DNA from: Podarcis pityusensis
Taxonomy: Eukaryota
Assembly (NCBI GenBank): GCA_964106645.2
Contig: OZ067045.1
Reading direction: 5' to 3' (one strand)
DNA length: 64,000 nt
Under the pieces are notes generated by a model. The model ran no database searches, had not been told where the DNA came from, and saw nothing but the letters and a program-made list of their open reading frames with translations. A program made the position numbers and the translations under genes. Of this stretch, positions 26,985-39,524 are shown piece after piece; positions within the stretch are counted from its first letter, which is position 1; every line of letters begins with the position of its first letter.

Positions 26985-27392
26985 GGGTAAAACAAGTGAA
27001 ACAGACCATCCCCTAATGGCAACCACAGGTGTTTCTCTTCTGACAATTCTTCCTCTAGAAACAGATCCCTTAGGAAGGCTTTCACCAGGGCCAGCCCATC
27101 CATGAGGCAAGGTGAGGCAACCGCCTTGGGTAGCAGGACCCACAAGGGCAGGAGATCCAACCTCCAAGGAATGCATTGCATGTAGATCTTTATTCCTTCC
27201 CATGTTCCCGATGTAGATCTTCACTCTCCCCTTTCCTCTCTGGCAGGGGGATTCACCTCAGGTTCCAAAATATATTGGGCTGGCCCTGGAGCATCCATAA
27301 GGGAGCTGTTTCCAGAGGAAGAACAGTGAGGGGAGAGAGACAGCCTGTTTGTCATCAGGATGGTGGTTGGTGGTTGGTTTCACCTGCTACCC
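26985..27392. repeat. Degenerate long inverted repeat (old MITE-like)
   Basis: ~130-bp arms, e.g. TTCTTCCTCTAGAAACAGATCCCTTA versus TAAGGGAGCTGTTTCCAGAGGAAGAA, and CAGGGCCAGCCCA versus TGGGCTGGCCCTG. Confidence 0.65.
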
Positions 27393-28003
27393 TGAAGGAA
27401 CCTTCAAAAGGGAGTTGTTGCAATGGGCATCATGTGTATTTTAATGAGCTGAATAGATTGAAAGATTGAGAGTCCTGGGGGTGCAGAGAGTGTGTGCATG
27501 AACTTAACAAATGAACTTAACAGTGTTTAGCTTATTTTTGGGTTGCTATTTTGTTAACATTGTTCTAGAGATTATAAATGCTGTATTGATTTGTTAATTG
27601 TATAATAGGACATTTGCGATGGGTAGCTTATTTTTCATTGTTGCAAAACCACTCAGAGCCATGCCTAGAAAGCATGAGGCTAGCAGAAAACATCTCAGAC
27701 CCTTCCTTTCCAGTGAAAGTGTGCACAAGCCCTCAGTTTGCCTTTCAGTACAAACCAAATCAATTTTCATCGCCTTCTTCCCATCCTCAAGACTCTTTCC
27801 AGGTACCTGCTACCTTCTCTTTTTAACAGAAGATGCCAGGGATGGAAAACCACAGACAGTGTGGTGTAGTGGTTAGAGTGTTTGACCGGGACCTAGGAGA
27901 TCAGTGTTCAAATCCCCACTCAGCCATAAAACTCCCTGGGTGACCTTGGGCCAGCCGCTGTCTCTCAGCCTTAACCTACCTTGCAGGGTCGATGTGAGGA
28001 TGA

Positions 28004-28145
28004 AATCATGGAATCATAGAGTTGGAAGGGACCCCAGGGGTCATCTAGCCCAACCCCTTGCAATGCAGAAATCTCAATTCAAGCATCCATGACAGATGGC
28101 CATCCAACCTCTGCTTAAAAACTGCCGAAGAAGGAGAGAGTCCAC
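28004..28145 (-). mobile_element. CR1 3' fragment
   Basis: Reverse complement of the CR1 tail (AATCATGGAATCATAGAGTTGGAAGGGACC...). Confidence 0.8.
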
Positions 28146-28247
28146 AGCCTACCAACAGGGTGGAGTGGAGCAGATGCCACTTTGAGCTCCTTGGCAAACA
28201 GGTGAGATATAAGTGTAATAAGATGATGATTATAATAATTAATAATA

Positions 28248-28846
28248 CAGTGGTACCTTGGGTTACAGATGCTTCAGGTTACAGACTTTTCAGATTACAG
28301 ACTCCGCTAACCCAGAAATAGTACCTCGGGTTAAGAACTTTGCTTCAGGATGAGAACAGAAATCGTGCTTCGGCGGCAGCAGGAGGCCCCATTAGCTAAA
28401 GTGGTCTTCAGGTTAAGAACAGTTTCAGGTGAAGAACGGACCTCTGGAACGAATTCAGTTCTTAACCCGAGGTAGGAAAAGGTAAAGGGACCCCTGACCA
28501 TTAGGTCCAGTCGTGACCAACTCTGGGGTTGCGGCGCTCATCTCGCTTTATTGGCCGAGGGAGCCGGCGTGCAGCTTCCGGGTCATGTGGCCAGCATGAC
28601 TAAGCCGCTCCTGGTGAACCAGAGCAGCACACGGAAACGCCGTTTACCTTCCCGCCAGAGCGGCACCTATTTATCTACTTGCACTTTGACATGCTTTCGA
28701 ACTGCTAGGTTGGCAGGAGCAGGGACCGAGCAACGGGAGCTCACCCCATCGCGGGGATTCGAACCACCGACCTTCTGATCGGCAAGTCCTAGGCTCTGTG
28801 GTTTAACCCACAGCGCCACCCGCGTCCCTAACCCGAGGTACCACTG
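28248..28846. mobile_element. Tc1/mariner MITE, same family, interrupted by a Sauria SINE
   Basis: TIRs and TA TSD; the SINE lies within the right TIR. Confidence 0.9.
28475..28828 (-). mobile_element. Sauria SINE inserted in the terminal repeat of a MITE
   Basis: Full-length and CpG-rich. 12-bp TSD TAACCCGAGGTA (28463-28474, 28829-28840). Confidence 0.92.
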
Positions 28847-30245
28847 TAAATAAAAGCTGGGACTTTCTCTGTGCAAAGCATGATCTCTGCCACTGAGCTG
28901 CAGCTGGTGACATGAGTATACGCAGATAGAAATCTTTCCCATGCTATAACTTGCAGCGCAGGTGTGCCTCGGAGAAGCCTTCCCAAGAAATAAAATTCTG
29001 ATGTGAGGAGCAAGGGTTTCCCTCACTTCCTCCCTCCCAACACACACACCTCACCCCCTAGAAAGCAAACACAGATTGGCTTCAGCAGAGGGCCCAGCAA
29101 GCTCAACAGAGAGGGAAGGGGGTGTGTGGAAGCCCCAGACAGGAACAGCCTTCCCAACATCCTTCAGCAGACATCTATGAAACATTTCCCGTTGCCCCGT
29201 TTATGTATTTACATCCCATTATTGACAGATTTGGCATTCATTCAGTCACAGGGAAGAAATCATTTGGTTACTGAAAGATCTGCGGGGAAAGCGGCTGAAG
29301 GAACACACACATAACCAAATCAGCTTCCAAAATAAATAGTCCCCCTGCAGATAGATACACTTCCGAAGATATGTCATATACTTGTGCAATATTTTTCCTG
29401 TGGCTCCAAGCTTGGGTGTGTAAAACATATTTATTTTACAGCATGCCAGTAACTCTTTGCATGGGTTTTTCTTTCTCTTTAAACGCCCTTAGCATAATTC
29501 ATCCCCAGAGGATAATGCCCTTGGGGTCCTCCCTGCCCCCCCCTTCATCTTGCCAGCTCTGCCTCCATCAGGGGCACATCTGACCCAGGGGAGGGAAAGG
29601 TGTATTTTGGTTTGATTAAGCTTTCCAGATTGCAACCTGAGTCCCTTTTTATGAGTGTTCTGCTTTAAGGTTCCCTCGCACAATTCCATCCTGTAAACTT
29701 TATGGGCAAGAGAGAAGGAGGTGCCGCTTGGGGTGGATTTAAATATGGTCACAGTCAAATTTCGACAAGGGACGAGGTTGCCTTACGAGGGAGCAGAGGC
29801 TGTGCTGCTCCTGCTTCTGCTGTCATGTTTCCGCCTCTTTGCTGCTTTTACGGCCGATGTTTCTGCTTTGTCAGGCTGCTCCAGGAACCACCTTCTGCAT
29901 GTCTAATTCTTTCCTCCTCCACATGAAAGGAGCTGTGCCATTTCCCACCTCTGCCTCGAGTCAGGTGCAAGGTTTCAATGCTTTTCAGTCCGTTTTCTCT
30001 TAAAATGCAATTTAAGAATATAAAATATGGGTCTTTTGGGGGGATGGGGTGGGGTGTAATTCCTGCTCACTGAAAACACATTTCAAAATGTGGAGAAAGT
30101 GCATAATTCAGTTGGGAGTTGTGTTCTGATCGGGACCGTTGAACTGGGTCGGTCCACTGCAAAAAGTGGATCAAATGAGCTCCTACGCCACCCCTAGTTG
30201 GATTTAATATAAGAGCCAGCCTGGGGTAGTGGTTAGAGTGTTGAA

Positions 30246-30564
30246 ACTGAAGGAGCATCTCCACCCCCATTGTTCTGCCCGGACACTGAGGTCCAGCACC
30301 GAGGGCCTTCTGGCGGTTCCCTCGCTGCGAGAAGCCAAGTTACAGGGAACCAGGCAGAGGGCCTTCTCGGTAGTGGCACCCGCCCTGTGGAATGCCCTCC
30401 CACCAGATGTCAAAGAGAAAAACAACTACCAGACTTTTAGAAGACATCTGAAGGCAGCCCTGTTTAGGGAAGCTTTTAATGTTTGATGCATTAGTGTATT
30501 TTAATATTTTGTTGGAAGCCGCCCAGAGCGGCTGGGGAAGCCCAGCCAGATGGGCAGGAGTATA

Positions 30565-30597
<33 letters not shown>
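30246..30597 (+). mobile_element. L2 3' fragment (same family) inserted in a tRNA-derived SINE
   Basis: Near-identical to 35476-35790 with an (AAT)n tail. SINE halves at ~30213-30245 and ~30640-30700. Confidence 0.9.

Positions 30598-30638
<41 letters not shown>
30565..30638. repeat. Compound (AAT)n(GTT)n microsatellite
   Basis: Read directly; forms the L2 tail. Confidence 0.95.
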
Positions 30639-33055
30639 AGCGTGGGAGACCAGGGTTCAAATCCCCACTCAGCAGAGAAGTTCACTGGGTGACTTTGGGC
30701 CCATCTCTCCCCTTCGATCTGTCTCTGTCGCGCTCTCCCTCCTTCTGTGCCCGCCCCCCTCTGGCTGGGATGCCCAGACTAGATATAGATGCTGGACTGA
30801 TCCAGCAGCCTCTTCCTATGCTCTTAGGAACTGTAAGGAGGAAGAATAGGATGCAGAACGATGTGATAAATAAAAGGCGCACAAATAGTCAATGCATAAC
30901 TTACAATTTGTTAAGTGGCCTTTGGGCATCTTTCTTCTTCCACCATCTATAAAACGGGAATTATTACCTTCTCCTCTTGCAGAAGGTGAACAACGTTAGA
31001 ATTTCAAAGCACTTTGCATTATTTTTTGAAGTGCTGTATTAATGATTCAAAACAATAAATGTTCTTTTAAAAAGTAATGGCGTGTAATTAAGTGTCACAA
31101 AGGTGTGCAGAATCACGGCAGCAGCCTTGCTAGGGTCCGGTGTTTGGTCACCACGCTGCTCGTGGAAACACCTTCCAGCTAGCTGAGTGGTCCATTAAAT
31201 CAAGAGCCAAGGGGCGAGATTGGGACCTCTTTCTGCCAGTTGCCCTTTCTGAGGTCCATAGTGTTAATACCAGTTGACTTGCAGGTTGATGCATCAGTCA
31301 ATTTGATGAATATGGGGATACTGGGAGAGATGTGAATACATGCCTGCTGTTCTACCCTGAGGTAACTTTTTGCCGTTACCTCAGGGGGCAGTGACCTGTG
31401 TTACACCCCGTTCTAGGGTAGTAACTCCTAAATTGTATGGCAGGGCAGAAGAGAGAACTGTTAATGTGCCGGGCGAAATAGCTCATAAAATGAAAGAAAG
31501 GTCCCTGTGATCCCCAATTACCAATTGACAGAGAAGGCCGCCCATTGTCTCTGTATGCGTCACTGCTGTAGTAATCTGGGGGGCAGATAAGTTTCCTTAG
31601 GGTTCACCCACACTTTCTCTGCTGTTTACTGCTGAATCAGAACAAGTCTCAATCCATAGAAAACCTGACTGATGTTTGTTCGGATTCAGCAGTAAGCTTT
31701 GGGTTTTCCTGGGGAAAGCGGTGGAACAAAAGAAAAACATGCCTAGAAATCATGGGGCAAACTTATTCTCTGAGGAGGCTCATCCTCTGAAGGCAGGGAG
31801 GCATTTCTGCCTAGCCCTCCTTGACCCAATATAAAAGTAAACTTTTCTCATATAAGAATATAGAGAGACAGTGCGGTGTAATGGTCAGAATATCGGACAA
31901 TGACCTGAGGGACATGGGTTCAAGTCCAGCCATAAAGCTCACTGGGTGCCCTTGGGCCAGCCATTGCTTCTCAGCCTAACCCACCTCACAAGGTTCGTTG
32001 TGGCGATTGAGGAGGGGGACCATGTGTGCCACCTTCAGCTTGCAGAGAGCGGTGGAATAGAAATGCAATAAAATAAAACAAACAGTTTGAAATTGAGAAA
32101 AAAGAAGTGACCTTCAGGATTCAGCAGTCTAGGAAATACTGATCTGTTGAATGACACAAAGCTGTATTCAGACAGCCACAGAGCTTGAATTTGACAAGCT
32201 TCGTAACCCAGTCAAGGATGCCAGGTTTATTTTATCCCAGGGTTTGGGGAATCTGTGGCCCTGGAGATGTTGATGGGTTCCAAGTCCCATCAGCCCAAAT
32301 TGCATGGCTAATGATCTGGGATGCTGGGAGTTGTAGTCTGGCAACGTCTGAAGCTTCCCTCATCCCTCTTTTATGCCATGACCTGAACAATTCACAGGAC
32401 TGAAATGAACATGCGGTGCATTTTTTTAAAAAGACTGTTATAGTTTCTTTTTTCCCAAAGACATGCCAGTTCACATTTAAATCGGAGACATAAGTTGTAT
32501 TCTGAGTCACTGGGGCCTCATGCCTTTGATCATCCTGCACAGAGATTTTGGTCTCTGGTGCAGTATTTGCGTCCCTTAGAATCTCTGCTGTCAGATAATG
32601 GTTGCTGTTCACTCCCTTCAAAAACATCTAAGCAGTGGCTTCATTCCTTTTGTTTTTACCCTTCCCTTTTATGCCTTTTGGGTGCCTCCCCGCCCTTCCA
32701 AATTTCCAGATGTAACAAGTATGCAAGCTGAGATCATTTTAAGAAGAATAAATAACACCCGCATGTATTGAATTGGTGAGTAGAGATGCTGTAGCGCAGG
32801 GCATAAATACATAAGAAATGCCTGTTGGATCAAGCCAATGGCCCATCTTAGTCCAGCATCCTGTTATCACAGTGGCCAACCAGATGTTTGTGGGGAACCT
32901 GCAAGCAGGATCCAAGCACAAGAGCAGCTCTCCCCTCCTATGGTTTCCAGCAGATGGCATTCCGAAGCATTGCTGCCTCTGATCTTGGATATCATGGCTA
33001 GTAAGTCATTGATAGCTGTACCCTCTGCGATATTGTCCATGCACCTAAGATCATG

Positions 33056-33555
33056 CATCTTCAAAAGCAGAGACATCATCTTGCCAACAAAGGTCCGTAT
33101 AGTTAAAGCTATGGTTTTCCCGGTAGTGATGTATGGAAGTGAGAGCTGGACCATAAAGAAGGCTGATCGCCGAAGAATTGATGCTTTTGAATTATGGTGC
33201 TGGAGGAGACTCTTGAGAGTCCCATGGACTGCAAGAAGATCAAACCTATCCATTCTTAAGGAAATCAGCCCTGAGTGCTCACTGGAAGGACAGATTGTGA
33301 AGCTGAGGCTCTAATACTTTGGCCACCTCATGAGAAGAGAAGACTTACTGGAAAAGACCCTGATGTTGGGAAAGATTGAGGGCACAAGGAGAAGGGGACG
33401 ACAGAGGACGAGATGGTTGGATAGTGTTCTCAAAGCTACCAGCATGAGTTTGACCAAACTGTGGGAGGCAGTGGAAGACAGGAGTGCCTGGCGTGCTCTG
33501 GTCCATGGGGTCACGAAGAGTCGGACACGACTAAACGACTAAACAACAACACCAC
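33056..33555 (+). mobile_element. Bov-B (RTE clade) LINE, 5'-truncated
   Basis: KAMVFPVVMYGSESWTIKKADRRRIDAFELWCWRRLLRVPWTARRSN...LEKTLMLGKIEG with one in-frame stop. (CAA)n tail. 14-bp TSD CACCTAAGATCATG (33042-33055, 33556-33569). Confidence 0.95.
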
Positions 33556-33659
33556 CACCTAAGATCATGACCTGCGAAATACTGCTCCCATCTGGATGTC
33601 CAGTTTTAGAAAGTGCTTTTGGATGGGTACTGCTCAACGCCTCGACATTTACACCATAG

Positions 33660-34600
33660 GGTCCCCTCGGGGTTCTTTTCCCTCCCGTGGTATTTTAAGC
33701 GTTTGCACAAAGCTACTCAATGAGCTCATTCAGAGGCTTGTGGCGAGGTGTCTGTCACCAACATGTGGATAACATCCAAGTCTATTTCTCCTTTTCTTCA
33801 CATTCAGGTGAAGCATTAGAAAATCCTTAATCAGACCCTGGCTGCAGTAATGAACTGGATGGGGGCCAATCAACTGAAGCTCAATCTGGGCAAGGTGGGA
33901 GCTTTTGTGAGCAGGTGGTTCATCTGCCCAAAGGATTCTTAATTATTTTATGCTAGCCAGCCAGGGCTGCTATCCCTCGGAAGTGAAGGCTCGTAGCTTG
34001 CAGGAAGGGCTCCTCGCTCCATCTTTGTTGGTAGAGGTGCAATTGGCTTCTGTGGCACAGTTGCAGCTGGTATACCCGCCTCTCTGAACAGAGAGGTTCT
34101 GGCCTTTTTTATCCATGATCTGGTAGCCTGCAGGTGTATGCAGAGCTCTCTTTTGAAGACTGGAAGCTGCAGTTAGCACAGGATGCAGCTGCTTGATTGC
34201 TGTGCTGTGGTTATATTGCACCTGTGCGCCACTGGCTCCCAGTCTGTTTCTGGGTCCAATTAAAGGTGTTGGTTTTGATCTTCAAACTTTCACAGCTTAG
34301 GACCAGAGTATTTAGAATCTTAGATCTTAGAATTATAGAGTTGGAACCCTCTGCAATGCAGGAATCTTTCCCAACATGGGGCTCAAACCCATGACCCCGA
34401 GATTAAGAATCTCATGCTCTACCAACTGAGCTATCCCTTGCATGAGCAGATGTACGTACCCACCTGCACATGAAAAGGAAGGTCTCCTCCTGGTGCTTGC
34501 CCTCCCCGGCTTCTCAGATGAGCTGGTTTAAAAGAGGGAATGTCTTCTAAGTGATGGCACCCAGATGTGGAACACTTTCCCTGATATCTGCCCAAGGAAC
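33660..34600 (+). mobile_element. Old fragmented L2 LINE remnants
   Basis: Degenerate motifs LAAVMNWMGANQLKLN and RHWLPVCFWVQLKVLVLIFK, interrupted by other inserts. Confidence 0.6.
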
Positions 34601-34973
34601 ATAGGAAGCTGCCTTACCCCAAGTCTGACCATTGGTCAACCTAGGTTAGCATTTTCTGCACTGATTGTGGTTGGTTCTCCAGGATTTCAGATGGTTCTCT
34701 CCCAACCTTACCAGGAGATGCCAGAGATTGAACCCACAACCTTCAGCATGCAAAGCAAATGTCCCAACATAAGATCAGGCCAAAGGCCCATGAGTTCAGC
34801 ATCCTGTTCTCAAAGTGGTCAACCAGATGCCTGTAGGAAACCAGCTAGCAGGGCCTCAGCACAAGAGGACTCTCCCTTAGTGGGATTTCTGGTAAATGGT
34901 CTTCAGAGGCATATTTCCTCCAGCTGGGATAGCCATCATGGCTAGTAGCCTTTGAGCCATGACCCTTATAGTC

Positions 34974-35828
34974 AGATTGAGGTTGAATCCTGACAAGACA
35001 GAAGTACTGTTTTGGGGGAACAGGAGATGGGCGGATGTGGAGAACTCCTTGGCCCTGAATGGGGTAATTGTGCCTCTGAAGGACCAGGTGCGCAGCCTGG
35101 GAGTCATTTTGGAATCACAGCTGTCCATAGAGGCGCAGGTCAATTCTGTGTCCAGGGCAGCTGTTTACCAGTTCCATTTGATATGCAGGCTGAGACCCTA
35201 CCTGCCCGCAGACTGTCTCACCAGAGTGGTGCATGCTCTAGTTATCTCCCGCTTGGACTACTGCAACACGCTCTACGTGGAGCTACCTTTGAAGGTGACC
35301 TGGAAACTACAACTAATCCAGAATGCGGCAGCTAGACTGATGACTGACAGTGGCCGCCGAGACCACATAACACCGGTCCTGAAAGACCTACATTGGCTCC
35401 CAGTACATTTCCAAGCTCAATTCAAAGTGTTGGTGCTGACCTTTAAAGCCCTAAATGGCCTCGGCCCAGTATACCTAAAGGAGCGTCTCCACCACCATTG
35501 TTTTGCCTGGACACTGAGGTCCAGCACTGAGAGCCTTCTGGCAGTTCCCTCACTGCGAGAAGCAAAGTTACAGGGAACCAAGCAGAGGGCCTTCTCGGTA
35601 GTGGTGCCCGCCCTGTGGAACGCCCTCCCTTCAGATGTCAAAGAGATAAACAACTATCTGACTTTTAGAAGACATCTGAAGGCAGCCCTGTTTAGGGAAG
35701 CTGTTGATATTTGATGAATTATTGTATTTTAATATTTTGTTGAAAGCTGCCCAGAGTGGCTGGAGAAACCCAGCCAGATGGGCGGAGTATGTATGTATGT
35801 ATGTATGTATGTATGTATGTATAAATAA
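34974..35828 (+). mobile_element. L2-clade LINE, 5'-truncated, with open ORF2 C-terminus
   Basis: LRLNPDKTEVL..RSLGVIL..LVISRLDYCN..QLIQNAAARL..DHITPVLKDLHWLPV..RAFSVVVPALWNALP, stop at 35714, short 3' UTR and (GTAT)n tail. Confidence 0.93.
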
Positions 35829-38002
35829 GTTGTTGTTGTTGCACCTGTTAAAGACCTTTTAATTTCCTGAAGCTTTATTTGTGCTGTTCTAAATCTTGCT
35901 GTTTTATGCTATTTTGTGCCTTTTAGCATGTTTATATGTTTGTACGTGTGTGCGCCTGCAAGTGATTGGAGATTAGTGGCATTAAAATATTGATAATAAA
36001 TAAACAAAGGAGCACCCACTTTGTTTTACAGGGTCATGCGGTTGCTCCGGAATAAGTGATGACTCTCAGGGGAAAAAATGCAACACAGGCCTCTTGAGAG
36101 ATACCCCACCTTTCCAAGGGCATAGGAGTTGTATCTGTCATGCCAAGAAGTGGGAACCTTCCTTGGTGGCGGCTGAGCCACGCAGGTGAATTCTAACAGG
36201 GACGCTGGGTGTGGTATGGTTAATTCTGACTCAGCAGAAGTAGTCTGGGAATGAATGGTGGTGCCCTGACCCGTGAAACAGGTTCTGGTGATGCAGGCTG
36301 TGTGCAAGTTTTCCTCTGAGCCCACGATACCTGCCCTGTTCCCCTGCCGCTTTGCTAACAAGCAGTGACTTGTCTCTTTGTTCAGAGCTCAGAGGTATGA
36401 AAGCCACTATAGAAAACCAGGCTCGGGCTCATTTAGAAACATCCATTGATGGATCTTTTTCTCTCCCCCCTTCCCCCACCCATCCTGTTTTGCAAAAATA
36501 CACCGCACCCCCGGGGTTCATTCACAAAACCTGGTTGATAACAGCTGGACATTTCTGGGCGATCGATCAGGATATCAGCTCTCTTTGTGAGAGCAAAAAG
36601 GGCAATCTTAGTTGCTGAAAGAAATGCTGAGCTTGAACTCTGGCCCTGGCTCTCAACAATTTAATAAATAAAAGAGCGGGGGTATGATTTTGGATGGTTG
36701 TTGCACACAGCTCCCTTCTGTAAAAAAGCTGAGCCCTGCCATGCCTTTGAGAAGCTGCTTGGTCTTGTGTCCTTTTTCCAGCAGACCCACTAGGCATGAC
36801 CTAGGTAGCAACAGTCACAGCACCTTTACCACTCCTGACTGCTGCTTTTGCCACAATTGCAAACAACTGAGCACAGGGATGAGTGTGGGCTAAGAAGACA
36901 AAAGGCCATGCACCTATACATTTTTTATTTGGGCACCGCTTAGTGTTTGACTGCAACAGAGGTGAGCAGCTTCAGCTGTCGGGGTGCAAGCAGATAATTT
37001 TCTCTTCTGCAGCTAAAAGCATCATTGCCGGCAAACAGGATGGAGCAGTGCAGCTGCATCTCACAAGCCCTTTTAGCTGCTCTAAACCCACAGTGTTCCT
37101 CTGATTGTTCCACATTCCCTGCACAGCAATGGATTCCCAGTGCTCTCCCATGTGTCTGACTCTCCAGTATCCTCTTGTGTGCTGTGTCATCACCACCTAA
37201 TAGCAGCCTCTGTTTCAAAGGAGCCATTCCTGTGGCACAGTTGCAGTGCATTGCACAGAGGCTGGGCAAAGCAATGGGACTGGATCTATCTTCTGCCCAC
37301 AAGTCTGCTAGAATATTACAGAGAACCCTTCAAAATAGGCAGAGGTACCAGGGTAGATATGGGGGGTGGGGTGGGGTTCTTGGCAGTCAAGCAGGACTAC
37401 ATACAGATGAAAATTTGAAAGCTACTGGAATAATAATGATAATAATAATAACAAAATACTGTAGATTTAAGGTCTGACATTGGGAAGGAGGGAGAATAAG
37501 GAGGAGTAATGAAATTTAGGATATTCCCCCCCCCCCCGCATCCCCTCCCTCTGTCTGGAGATAAGGTTGAAACAGATGAGTCATAAGACTCCTTACAATG
37601 TTGTTAAGGGACAAATTCATTTGCGGCCAAATACATGAATTTGTATTTGAGTCAAGCACACTCGCATACCCTGCTGGAAGGTAGGAGAGACTGTAAGGTG
37701 CCTTTCGTTACGTACTCAAAGGTAGCAACTACAATTACTAACCCTCAGTCTGAATCTCTGAACAGTTTTGAAATACCAGATGGGGTTTCTTTGGGGCTTC
37801 CTTTTAAGTTGTGAAATCTCGTTGGCCTGTACAAAGTAGCCAGAGGGACATAGGTGGGGTCAGTCCAGGCTAACCAAGAGGCTTAACCAACACCAGACAC
37901 TCAATTCTGTTCATTTAACAATCAAGTTGGAGACATTCAGAAATGGGAAATAGCGAAACAAAACAAAACAAAACAAAATAGAGAATCAACTAGCTTACCT
38001 TT

Positions 38003-38080
38003 ATATCAGATGAAGTGGATTGTAGCCCAAGAAAGCGTATGCGGCAGTAAATCTGTTAGTCTTTAAGATGCCACAACCAC
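38003..38080 (+). mobile_element. Short PLE terminal fragment with decayed hammerhead motif
   Basis: CAGATGAAGTGGATTGTAGCCCAAGAAAGCGTATGC...GTTAGTCTTTAAGATGCCAC has the same layout as 59506-59575, with the core mutated (CAGA instead of CTGA). Confidence 0.55.
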
Positions 38081-39274
38081 TCCATTGGAAACTATTGTTT
38101 TCTGAATCAATGAACCTTGTTTTTTTTGCCTGTGACTGTCTTCGATATACAATTGCCAGGGCAGAGGCTAGACTTGGCAGATGTCAGTTCCTGATGCCGA
38201 CATTTCATTCCTGACCCCTGTTGCTTTGCTGCCAAAGTCTGTGGGCCAGAGACTTCCATCGAGGCTCAAATCCATCGTTATCTGGAAACTCTAAGCTCAG
38301 GAGAACTCCAGCGGTAACTGAGAACTGAACCTTGCATGTACCTATGAGAACAACTTCAGTCGGATGCTCCTTTGTACCTTTGTGTGTACACAGTGTTTGC
38401 ATTTTCTGAGATTCACAGCAAGGGCATCTGCTGATCAATCAAAGTAAACCCCTTGTTGGTAGCAGACCCGGGTGTCACTGTGGATTACACAAGGATGCTT
38501 CAAAGAGCCAGGAGAGGGTTCAGGCAACCCAGTAACAATGTTAAAAAAAGGAAAAAAGGGAAAAGTTAACAAAAATTCCCCAGCGCGTCAGATGATTCAT
38601 TTTCCTCGAATGAAAACCGACTCACATTTCAAAGGAAGAGCTTATGAGAGCTGGCTGTGCTTGAAGGAGAACTCAGCAGAATAGACCAATAAACCAATGA
38701 GCAAAAGATGATTGGGGAAAATTCTGGGCCATGGGAAAGGTGACATTCATGGGTCCGTGCCACTTCCTACTCCTTTCACTGTGCAGTGGAGCAGAGGGGA
38801 GCCGTGCTCTCCAAATGTCTGATAGCGGAACCACATTTTTCTCTCAATTAAAAGTGGAGGCAGGTATCATAGCTCAGCCGGCAGAGCATGGGCTTTGCAT
38901 CCCGAAGGTCCAGGTTCAATCCCTGGCATCTCTGAGATGTGGAAAGGCTTCAGTCTGATCTCTTGAAGATCCTCCAGATATTTTGGACCATAATCCACAT
39001 CAGCCACAGCCTGCATGGCCTGCGGTCACAGATGATGGGAGCTGTAGTCTAGATAGAATATCTAGAGCATGGATTCCCAAACTGTGGTCCACAAACCACT
39101 GGTCGTCCTCAAGCTTCATTCACGTGGTCCATGCAATGTCTGTGAAAAACATTTACTTTTAAATAGTTTTTTTTAAAAAAAAACACATTGCATTTTATTG
39201 TATTCTATTCCATAGAATTCAATTTGTAGTACAATATAATGCAATATAAGAAAACAAAAAACTATTTAAAAGCA

Positions 39275-39524
39275 GAAGAAGAAGAGGAGTTTGGATTTGA
39301 TATCCCACTTTATCACTACCCGAAGGAGTCTCAAAGCGGCTAACAATCTCCTTTCCCTTCCTCCCCCACAACAAACACTCTGTGAGGTGAGTGGGGCTGA
39401 GAGACTTCAGAGAAGTGTGACCAGCCCAAGGTCACCCAGCAGCTGCATGTGGAGGAGCGGAGACGCGAACCCGGTTCACCAGATTACGAGTCTACTGTTC
39501 TTAATCACTACACCACACTGGCTC
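39275..39524 (-). mobile_element. tRNA-derived SINE with L2-like tail (Squam3-like)
   Basis: Minus-strand head GAGCCAGTGTGGTGTAGTGATTAAG..GGGTTCGC, body CTGGGTGACCTTGGGC..CTCAGCCCCACTCACCTCACAG, (CTT)n tail. Confidence 0.75.

Noticed and set aside
34959-35714. 251-aa host gene
   Set aside because: It is the C-terminus of L2 ORF2 in a truncated copy.
36026-36361. Ig-like motif (SELTI...FTCVA) on the minus strand
   Set aside because: Lacks the D-x-G/A-x-Y-x-C pattern and the conserved Trp; no exon boundaries.
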